Below, in pieces: positions 55,287 to 63,722 of a DNA stretch of 64,000 bases; within the stretch, counting starts at the first letter, position 1; every line of letters starts with the position of its first letter. The stretch covers positions 30,197 through 94,196 of IMG/VR virus record IMGVR_UViG_3300015374_000001. One strand, 5' to 3'. The notes under the pieces are model-generated. The model was not told the origin of the DNA. It saw only the letters and a program-made list of their open reading frames with translations, and did not search any database. This stretch comes from a virus. The translations under genes were made by a program, and so were the position numbers.

Positions 55287-57398
55287 ATGCTGGCAAGTAA
55301 GACTTTACAGCGGGTCAGAAAGAAACCTGCATCTACAGCTTTAGCTGTTCCTCCGCAGCCGGTTAACGGATTTACTCAAGCAGCGTATCTCTACGATTCG
55401 CTTGGAGTAAATGTCCATGTCACTGCAACCGGCACGAGCTATGACAATTGGACTAATGTTCAAGCAGCTTTGGCCGAGATGGGTATTCGCCATGTGCGCG
55501 ACGGAATGTATGGATCTTGGTATGACTTCCGTTGGCAATTTGCTAGGCCAAAAATAAGGGCAGTTAATAACCGTAATGTAAACCTGCCTGCCCCTAGTAC
55601 CAATGACCGTGGCCACCCTATATTTTTTAATGTTCTTATGCCCGGTTGGGCTCCGAACAATCAATTAAATCCTAATGCTAGGTGGTTCCACCAACAAACT
55701 ATTGATATCGTCGGGCGCACCGGTGGCACATTTGCGCTGAGGTTCCGTCAGCAAGGAACCAGCGCGACACAAACTACCGGCCAGCTTGCATTTAATGCGT
55801 CAGCCGCCACGATTCAAGCAGCACTTCGAGCCCTTACCTTCATCGGAAATAATGTAACTGTGTCAGGGCCGGATGGTGGGCCTTGGGTAGTTACTTATTC
55901 TGGCACATTATTAAATCAAGCTCAGAATAGGCTCGAATCAACCATTGAGATGGGCGATAATCTCACGGGTGGTAGTGATCCTGTTCATTCAGGTGTAAGG
56001 GTTTTGGGTCAGCCAAACGGTGATGCTACCTGGGATGCTTCTCTGCTTGTGCCTACAAATGATGGCGGTCACCAGCATTACGATGGAAATGCTGGACCCA
56101 CTGTTGCAATTAAAGGCGTCGGCAATCCTATTCCAAATGGATCTACAGTAAATCCAAATGGGGTTCCAGCTAATTGGAGTTTTGCCGATGCAGAAATGCC
56201 TTGGACAGTTATCGGCGGGTATTCCGGCCCTAATGAACCTTTAGGGAGGTATTACCACGAGGATATGCGGGGGTCTGTTAAGGCTGTTCGTGATATTCTA
56301 AAAACTAAAGAAAGCATTATTGCGAACGGGCTGCCTTACGTAACCGAAGACGGTATTCAAACTAACGTCAAGGCAAAACAATTGCCGATGTATGGCATTT
56401 GTGTTATGGATAACGGATTAATTCCTACTTATGGCAAGTGGGGCGTCGGTCAAGAGGTGGCAGATCTAGGCGACCGCCATCCTTATGACAATATGACTGA
56501 CCCGTGTAGGACTCGCTGCGATACAGCATTTGTAACACAGGCGACAATTTTTGATAATAATACTGGCCAGGCTGCTCCTGATCCGGCGACTTTATTGCCA
56601 TGGGCTGTAACCGAGATGGGTTACATATCGAGGGGCATCAGCAGTGCTCAGACCGTTACTCCAAATTTCCCGGCATCTGGCTACTGGCCTCACCCTGACG
56701 ATGTTATTGCTGAGTACCTTTGCCGTCTTTGGTTGTTGTATCATTTTGAATATAATGTCAGGCGTTTCTTCATCTATGAATTCATGGATGAACAGAATAA
56801 CTCGTTTGATGTTGAGTGGAACTTTGGCATAGTTAAATACGACTACACTCGCAAGGCCCAATTCTATTCTCTTCGCAATCTGCTTAGGATAATAGGTTTT
56901 GGTGAAGCCTCGTCTGGTGCTCGCCGCAAGCTGAACATTCTGACACCAACAGGATTTACTCCATACGGATCAGACGGCTCAGGCCAGAATAAACAAACAC
57001 AAGCATTCTCTGGTGGTAGTGTTCCTGTAGGTCAAGCTTGGCTTACGCATCCAGATTTGATGCGTTATTACCAGGCGCAACAGAATGACAATACTTGGCT
57101 TTATTTTATGGTGCGTGATGTATCGCTGTTTGATCGCTGCCCCGGAAATAGAAATCCAACCACGGGCCAGTTAGAATCGCTTGCAGGACTTGCGGCAGGG
57201 AGAAAGAATCCCCCTTCACAAAATCTTTTAGTAACACTGCCGGCCGAAATTACTTCATGCGAAATGTATACGCCGACCGCTGGCGGGACCACGACTCCTG
57301 ATGATGGCTTTGCCCCAACGGAGCTTTTGCCAGATGGAAATAACCGGGTAACAGTTCCTATTGCTGGCAACATGCGGATACTTAAATTAAGCAATTAG
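55287..57398 (+). CDS. Clan GH-A glycoside hydrolase with an inserted phage structural domain
   Basis: 'SLGVNVH','RHVRD','GPNEP','HPY','TEMG','YEFMDE'; paralog of module 1 of 46121. Confidence 0.78.
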   Translation: MLASKTLQRVRKKPASTALAVPPQPVNGFTQAAYLYDSLGVNVHVTATGTSYDNWTNVQAALAEMGIRHVRDGMYGSWYDFRWQFARPKIRAVNNRNVNLPAPSTNDRGHPIFFNVLMPGWAPNNQLNPNARWFHQQTIDIVGRTGGTFALRFRQQGTSATQTTGQLAFNASAATIQAALRALTFIGNNVTVSGPDGGPWVVTYSGTLLNQAQNRLESTIEMGDNLTGGSDPVHSGVRVLGQPNGDATWDASLLVPTNDGGHQHYDGNAGPTVAIKGVGNPIPNGSTVNPNGVPANWSFADAEMPWTVIGGYSGPNEPLGRYYHEDMRGSVKAVRDILKTKESIIANGLPYVTEDGIQTNVKAKQLPMYGICVMDNGLIPTYGKWGVGQEVADLGDRHPYDNMTDPCRTRCDTAFVTQATIFDNNTGQAAPDPATLLPWAVTEMGYISRGISSAQTVTPNFPASGYWPHPDDVIAEYLCRLWLLYHFEYNVRRFFIYEFMDEQNNSFDVEWNFGIVKYDYTRKAQFYSLRNLLRIIGFGEASSGARRKLNILTPTGFTPYGSDGSGQNKQTQAFSGGSVPVGQAWLTHPDLMRYYQAQQNDNTWLYFMVRDVSLFDRCPGNRNPTTGQLESLAGLAAGRKNPPSQNLLVTLPAEITSCEMYTPTAGGTTTPDDGFAPTELLPDGNNRVTVPIAGNMRILKLSN

Positions 57399-57435
57399 TA
57401 GGCTGCAACTGCTAGCTGTTCTAATGGACTAGAAT

Positions 57436-57810
57436 ATGAGAAAAACAGATTTAGCTTGGGCGGCAGGATTTATTGATGGTGAGGGCTGCTTGTCTTTTTG
57501 TCCTAATCCACAGCTTTCTGCTAGCCAGTTCAACTTAGAACCTTTAGAAGAATTGCAGCTTTTGTTTGGCGGCAACATCACGCCTCCCAAATCTAATGGT
57601 GTGTCGCAATGGTATGTCGGCGCACACAAAGCTGTAAACGTTGCTAGATTGATTCTTCCGTACCTAAAGGCGAAAGATAATCAAGCTCGTTTATTTATAG
57701 AATGGGAAGAGCTACAAAAATTGAAGACTAGTTATTGGGTCACTCCCGAACTTAAAGAAGCTAGAATTAAGTTGTCTAGCTCGATGCGTGAACTCAACTC
57801 ACGCCGGTAG
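57436..57810 (+). CDS. Single-motif LAGLIDADG homing endonuclease
   Basis: 'LAWAAGFIDGEG', 'L...FGG.I', 'ILPYL..K..QA'. Confidence 0.88.
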   Translation: MRKTDLAWAAGFIDGEGCLSFCPNPQLSASQFNLEPLEELQLLFGGNITPPKSNGVSQWYVGAHKAVNVARLILPYLKAKDNQARLFIEWEELQKLKTSYWVTPELKEARIKLSSSMRELNSRR

Positions 57811-57828
57811 ACTAGTCCACAGAAAGAG

Positions 57829-57861
57829 AAAGACCCCCGCCTCGGAGAACGGGGGCCTTTC
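57829..57861. terminator. Probable bidirectional terminator between convergent arms
   Basis: AAAGACCCCCG/CGGGGGCCTTT hairpin with an A-rich left flank. Confidence 0.6.
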
Positions 57862-57917
57862 CACTACACGGTACGACAGGTACGGGATACCCACTAACGG
57901 GTAGCGGGCTGACAAGC

Positions 57918-58491
57918 CTAGCGCACAGCGCGGCGACCTGTCAAGTAGTACAGGCCGAAGCCTATGCTAGCGAGTACCAAACCGGCAATTAGTAAAATAC
58001 CGGTAGGCGCTCCGGTGAAGGGAAGCGTACCCTGCTGCTCACCCGCAACCGGCGCGACTGGCTGGCCAACATCATGCGTCGGCCCATTGACTCCACCGCC
58101 ACCTTGCTCCTTACCAGCGACTTCGCTAGGAATATTAGGAGTTTCCTCGGGCGGAGTATCTTCAACCACAGGAATTTCTGGTGCCTGATAATCAGGTGCG
58201 GAGGGAGGGGTTTCAACCGGAGGTGTTACCGGTGGCGTCACGGGAGGGGTGACCGGAGGGGTTTCCTCACATTCGGTCGGCAGTCCTTCAGACTCCGACT
58301 TGGGCACTTCAACTAATTGCCCATTAATGCAGACCGTAACTTTTTCTTCAACCGGCGGAACACAATCAGGATGATCGTAGCCGTGTTGATTTTTATAGTC
58401 CACGCACTGCGGCGATCCTGGTACCCATGCCGAAGCGGTAGGAACAGCAATAAATAAACCCATCGCCGCTAGTCCAGCAGCGAGTAACATC
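57918..58491 (-). CDS. Sortase-anchored surface protein (LPFTG); start approximate
   Basis: Signal peptide ending 'ASA-W', PPVT repeats, 'LPFTG'-TM-basic tail. Confidence 0.85.
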
Positions 58492-58582
58492 TTCTTGATA
58501 ACGCATCCCTCCTTCAAAGGGATCGGGTCTAGTAAGACTAGTACAGGTCGCGCGAGAGCGCAAGACTGTACCGGATCTTGCA

Positions 58583-58996
58583 TCACTTAGGCCATTCAAT
58601 CAGTGGCAGATGCTTTGCAAGGGCTGAGCTAAGGCCGTCTACACTATATTCTAAATTACGTTTGAAGCTTTGGAAAAACATATGCTCTTCGCCGCCAGAC
58701 AGTACGTTTTCAAGGTCGCGCTCAGCCTGGTTTTGCAGTGCCGCTAGATGCAAATGAACTAATTCATGAACAATACAATGGCGAGTCATCGGTAGATCAT
58801 GCTCACGGATATCTTCGCATACGTAAAGATGAGCTACCTTGCGACCGTAGACAGGAAAGATCGCAGCAAAAGAATCTTCGCTCTTAGGCGGATCATGCTC
58901 TAGCTCGATAGTCCAGTCACGAAGCTCAACGACATCAGCTATCCACCTAATGTATTTGCCTAATTCTTTCCGGTCCTTCTTGGTCATCTTTCTCAA
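58583..58996 (-). CDS. HEXXH zinc metallopeptidase-like protein
   Basis: 'IVHELVHLH' plus downstream E. Confidence 0.65.
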   Translation of the reverse strand: MRKMTKKDRKELGKYIRWIADVVELRDWTIELEHDPPKSEDSFAAIFPVYGRKVAHLYVCEDIREHDLPMTRHCIVHELVHLHLAALQNQAERDLENVLSGGEEHMFFQSFKRNLEYSVDGLSSALAKHLPLIEWPK

Positions 58997-59100
58997 TTAT
59001 GTTTCCTTCCTCATCACGCTCCACGATTTGATTAGCAAACCACTTCAGCAGGGGCGAAACATCAAAGCGGTGGTAATTGGGATCATCTTTGTGGATGATT

Positions 59101-59382
59101 CTATCCTGACTCAATGTCTCGCCTTCCTCCCTCAATCGATTTTCCTTTTCTTAATTGTCCACCTTCGTTCATCGGGATATGCCGATCCATATAGTTGTAT
59201 ACCCCGGTGCGGGTCATTTCCATATCGCTGGCAATTATTTCCATATCCAGACCCTTGGCATGGCCAGCTTTGATTGCTTTGGCTAATTCTCTTTCCCTGC
59301 GCGCGAGCCTGATACGCAACTCGTTGCGCTGATTTATTAAGCCCTGGATCTTGGCTCTATGTAAATTAATGAGCGTGGCCAT
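59101..59382 (-). CDS. Small HTH protein
   Basis: 'G.....IA..M.MTR.GVY'. Confidence 0.55.
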   Translation of the reverse strand: MATLINLHRAKIQGLINQRNELRIRLARRERELAKAIKAGHAKGLDMEIIASDMEMTRTGVYNYMDRHIPMNEGGQLRKGKSIEGGRRDIESG

Positions 59383-59476
59383 TGCCGGTGATCGCCGAGA
59401 CTATGATGAATAAAATAATTAAACGACACATCCAAACTTCAATACTAGTTAGTGGACGATACTGGTATTTCTTCAT
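59366..59476 (-). CDS. 36-aa membrane peptide (MKKYQYRPLTSIEVWMCRLIILFIIVSAITGNGHAH), not in track
   Basis: GGAGG RBS; fills the gap between neighbours. Confidence 0.45.
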   Translation of the reverse strand: MKKYQYRPLTSIEVWMCRLIILFIIVSAITGNGHAH

Positions 59477-60549
59477 GATCCACCTCCCTGTAAAGCCGCC
59501 AGAAATGACGCCACTCTGGCCCATGTGTCTCGTCATCTAGACCGATGGAATAGCCAGGTAAAAAGCGAGCAACGGCATACAGCGCCGATGCAACTGTGAT
59601 CCAACCGGCGATGCCCGCGTTAGGGAACGACTCATTAAAGTAAGTGCATTCCATCACCGGCCCACTGATATCAATGTAGGCTAGATTTGAGTTAATATCC
59701 ATAGAGTTACCCATCCAGGCACCGTAGACGTACTCCACATCTTCGGTGTCGAGGCGGTAATAACCCTTGATGGACCCTCGTTGGTCCAGCGGATCAATCC
59801 ATACTGCATCAAAATAACCTTCTTCGGTTTCAGTGTATAGGATTTTGTGGAAAGGCTGATCCGACTTCTGGAATATTTTGTATCGGAGTGTTTGGAAGTG
59901 GGGCTTGCCCTTCACTATTAGTTCCAGACTTGGGCTGAGACTTCCCACGTGCTGCTTTGGCCTTGCGTCGAGAATTTGCATTACGCCGTCGCCTCCTTTC
60001 TTCTGGTGGGTCTAGGATATCCGCGATTCGTTTACTGTTTTCCGCGTGCTTACGTAGAGAGTCAGCGATTTGTGCTGAATTCTTCGCCATTTACTTCCTC
60101 GCATTCGAGCCGAGAGACTTATTACGATTCAGAGAACCAGGCCGCTTACGTCCGGTGTCGCTCTGGTGCTTATTATCGTAATCGTCTTGGCGTGCCTTCA
60201 GAGTTTTCTTCGCTCGCCTATGTGCTCGGGCGCTCAATTACTTACCTCCATCTGCTTTGCTGTTGCGAATAAGTTCAAGCAGACGCTTTTCGTGAGGCGT
60301 CTTCGCTGCGCCGATGCGCTCAAGCTTGGTCATGATCCAATACCGGTCATGCTCGCTCATCTTGATCGTGTACGTGCGCTCACGCTTTTCCAAAGTCTCT
60401 TCCTTGATCGCTTGGCGGGTGGTCTTAGCCTTCTCAGGATTGGCCTTCTTTTTTACGGTGCGCTTCTTCGCCTGGCTTGGACCGCGACCCTTACCGAACG
60501 TGCTCTTTTCTTTCGCCTTGCCATTCGTCTTAGTCTTCAATACAGCCAT
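59445..60549 (-). other. Cluster of hypothetical genes, several Lys/Arg-rich (59445-59981, 59830-60090, 60091-60237 not in track, 60238-60549)
   Basis: Abutting ORFs with RBSs. Confidence 0.5.
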
Positions 60550-60554
60550 CGCCG

Positions 60555-61175
60555 CTACCTCTTCTTTCTGTTAAATGGATTAACTGTCGCTTTCTTTTTC
60601 ACAGTCGCCTTACGCTGCCCGGTCTTAGGATCGGTGGGCTCAGGCTTCTTTGGATTTTTCTTCTTTTGTTGAGCCTTCTTAAGGTCGGCGTGAGGGAAAT
60701 GATCTATCCCGTGGTGGGGAGCAGATCGTCCTTGTCGCTTAAGCTCTGAATACCAACGCTCAATGATTAATTGCTTTAACCAGGGCTTAGGCTCAGTGTA
60801 AGAATCGCCCAGGTCAAGTAACCAACCATGGCGATTATCAAAGCGATACGTAACATCACCGTTGATAACTTCAATTGTCCAAAACCCATCATGCTCGCGC
60901 ACGTGACCAATGCGTACTCCGTTATTAGTTACGTCCTGCTTGTCTGAGGCTACGTGCTGCGCCTCGCGCTTCTTTAATTGCTTCGCCTTCCACGGATCTA
61001 CGTTCTCAGGCGGCGCAGGAAGCTCTACGCCGACAATGCCGCTCGCCGGTACGTCAGTTAGTACCTTCTTCTTGCTCGCGCTCGCGCGCTTCTCTTTCGA
61101 GAACGGATTGCTTTTTCCTGCCTTGGGGCTTGGCTTCGGCTTCTTCTTCTGAAACGGGTTCTTGGTAGCTGGCAT
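60555..61175 (-). CDS. Lys-rich protein with three NPF motifs
   Basis: KNPFQKKK, SNPFSKEK and C-terminal VNPFNRKKR around a small globular core. Confidence 0.65.
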   Translation of the reverse strand: MPATKNPFQKKKPKPSPKAGKSNPFSKEKRASASKKKVLTDVPASGIVGVELPAPPENVDPWKAKQLKKREAQHVASDKQDVTNNGVRIGHVREHDGFWTIEVINGDVTYRFDNRHGWLLDLGDSYTEPKPWLKQLIIERWYSELKRQGRSAPHHGIDHFPHADLKKAQQKKKNPKKPEPTDPKTGQRKATVKKKATVNPFNRKKR

Positions 61176-61378
61176 CTTCTGGTTCCTCAATGTAGTTGGC
61201 TACGATCTGATAATGCCCCTCTGTATTTTGGTTAATTCCTAATTGATCAAGTACATCGGCGAGAGCATCACCAAGCTCATCGGCCGGTGTATTAATTGGC
61301 TCGTTTGGGACGCCTGACTCTACAACCTGAATCTGATATGGCATCGTACCCTCCTTAGAAGTGTCACATCATACTACA

Positions 61379-61690
61379 CTACTTGCCGACGACGCGCAAC
61401 TTCGGCTTTGGTTCCTCGCCCTTCTCGGATGGCGAGTCTGTATGAAAGTCCCAAGTTCCTAATTTGATTAACTCCACGCCGAGAGCTTGAGCCAGCACGA
61501 TTGCTTGCCGGAAGGACAGACCACGCTCAGCAGTTTCGATGCGGCTGATGTGGGACGAGTCCATGTTGGCTTTGACAGCTAGATCAGCTTGGGATAGCTC
61601 TCTGTTGGTACGCAGGGCTTTGATGTTTTTGCCTACAAATAAGTTAAACTGAAGATCAGCTTTTTCATATGCGGGGTTCCTGGGTGGCAA
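61379..61690 (-). CDS. XRE-family HTH regulator
   Basis: 'G.NIK.LR....LSQ..LA......S.ISRIE..ER......LA.ALGV'. Confidence 0.88.
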   Translation of the reverse strand: MPPRNPAYEKADLQFNLFVGKNIKALRTNRELSQADLAVKANMDSSHISRIETAERGLSFRQAIVLAQALGVELIKLGTWDFHTDSPSEKGEEPKPKLRVVGK

Positions 61691-62553
61691 GTAATTCCTT
61701 CACCTTTCTAAATGCTTCAGTTGATCTATTAATTGCTTCTGTCATCTTAAGTTGGTAGGCATACACACGCTTTATGCCGCGCAGGTAGCTTTTAATGTAA
61801 AATTGGAGGATGAGATTAATATAGAAAGCTTCGGCCATCGCCGCTTGATGTTCCCAATCCTCATCCGAATTTAATTGATAGTCACCGGGACGGTGCCCCC
61901 ATGCGACTGTTCCTCTCGGTGATTGAATTTTCGAACTCCACCACCTTGGCGATGCCATCGCGCGTATTGCTGTAGAGCATGATCGCTTCAGTCGATAGCC
62001 GGTGTTCCACCAAAGCCGCCTCAATAATATCGTGGGCTTTGTTAAGCGCATTAATTTCCCTTGTCGTCAATCAAATCAGTCCTTAAAATTTCTGTTTCTC
62101 TAGGCGTCAAGCTCCAATAGTCCGCCGCATCAGAGATGACGTAAGCCGTATCAGGATTTTCTTGCAAAAGATCACGAGCAAAAGCCACCACCGCACGCCT
62201 ACGGTTACCGCCGTTCTCTAGCAAATACTGCTGAGTCAGTGTCAGTGCTTTACCCATGGATTCACCTCTTTGTACTCGCTGCTAACTATTCCTCCGCTGG
62301 ATACCTCACCGGCCCATAAGGCCCATCTAACTTCATGCATTTCTCTATTTGAATCAGGAAGCAGGATTTTATCCTTGTAAATGATGAAGGTGTATGGATG
62401 CTCGCCTTTGTTCTCGGTCCCATGAATTAGATTGGTTTCCCGATTCAAAACTATAGATTCGTGCTTAAGTAATTCATCTATATTCATATCCACGCCTCCA
62501 AATTTCCCACAGGCAAGGGGAATCTCATTGCTAAAAATTTACGATCCATTCAA

Positions 62554-62627
62554 TAGGGCGGACGGGGCTCGAACCCGCAATCTGCGGCTTGAAAGGCCAC
62601 CGAGATAACCAATTACTCCACCGCCCC
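62554..62627 (-). tRNA. tRNA-Glu(UUC)
   Basis: GGGGCGG/CCGCCCT acceptor, loop CTTTCAA, GGTTCGAGCC T-arm; no encoded CCA. Confidence 0.9.
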
Positions 62628-62846
62628 AAGCACTTAATCAATAGGGTCAGGAGCACCAGAGACAGGAGCCTCATCGCTCTTAAGTTCTGTCACGCTATCG
62701 ATTGACTCGATGATTGCGTCATTGACCATCGGTCGGCCTGCAAATTCTGCGTTGCTCAGTCGAGAGCGGGCATGCTCTTCATTATCACCCGCGATTATAT
62801 AAGTTAAATGGTGTGTTTCGGTTGTCTTGACTTCAAAGTGTGGCAT

Positions 62847-63128
62847 TTATTTCTCCTTCGTGTGTTTGATTCCCAATTCAGTGGGCCGGGAAGGGCTCGA
62901 ACCTTCGGCCGACAGATTATGAGTCTGCTGCTCTACCACTGAGCTACCGGCCCCATGTTCGGCCACCTTTAATTCAAGTCTTTTCCAAGCTTTGTCTAGA
63001 GCTAGGTGTGGATCGTGATCCTCTGCCTCTGCGGTTAATCCTGTCGGCCAATGCGTAAGCGTGTACTTGGTCGGGCCAGCCGGGATAATCTTTCGATAGC
63101 AGACCGAATCCACTTCACCAATTTCCAT
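62847..63128 (-). CDS. Small protein resembling a class I release factor (RF-1 domain) fragment
   Basis: 'LTHWPTGLTAEA...ALDKAWKRL' versus RF 'ITH.PTG..V.C......N...A...L'; no GGQ. Confidence 0.5.
   Translation of the reverse strand: MEIGEVDSVCYRKIIPAGPTKYTLTHWPTGLTAEAEDHDPHLALDKAWKRLELKVAEHGAGSSVVEQQTHNLSAEGSSPSRPTELGIKHTKEK
62882..62953 (-). tRNA. tRNA with CAU anticodon (probably Ile2/lysidine, otherwise elongator Met)
   Basis: GGGCCGG/CCGGCCC-A, TAGCTCAGTGGTAGAGC D-arm, CTCATAA loop; lacks initiator features. Confidence 0.88.
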
Positions 63129-63651
63129 TGTTCTCTTTCTACTGTGTTAGTCCAGAATATTTCAAGATCATAATCTCCCATAGGAAATTGATGAATTTCC
63201 TTAGGTAATGTGATATGCCCTTCGCTATTCAATTTAGCAGGACCAGACCAGATTAATTCATTTGTCCGCGCATTCTTGATGACTAGAGTGATTTCATCTT
63301 TAGTCTTCAGGTGACACCACCTTGAACTCAAACGGGATTGAATCGACGATATTACCGTCATGATGAATTTCTACAACCCCACCGACAAGACCCTCTCGCT
63401 TCCATAAAATACCGGGTAGCGTTACTTTGCTTGTCTCGACATTAAAATCAACTTGGTCGTCATAAATCTTTTCTATAACAGGAGGTGGCGACCAATGAGC
63501 AATTACCTTTACTTCTTGCACAGGCTTAAGATCTAAAGGCATGCCGCCTTGCTGATCAGCTACCGGAACAGGTAGATTGCTTTCACCTCGTCTAATAATA
63601 TAATTCATTTTATCTCCTTTCATGCCCCCGGAGGGAATCGCCTCACCTTAA

Positions 63652-63722
63652 TGGGCCTTGCCAGAGTCGAACTGGCATCCCTTGATTAAAAGTCAAGTCG
63701 TTTACCATTAACTTAAAGGCCC
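63652..63722 (-). tRNA. tRNA-Lys(UUU)
   Basis: GGGCCTT/AAGGCCC-A, CTTGA-CTTTTAA-TCAAG, GTTCGAC T-loop. Confidence 0.88.

Noticed and set aside
533-57629. Numerous - strand and alternative-frame ORFs inside + strand genes
   Set aside because: Shadow ORFs of well-supported genes, lacking RBS or motifs
62500-62525. Second tRNA remnant
   Set aside because: Better explained as a small TTCCC/GGGAA hairpin before an RBS
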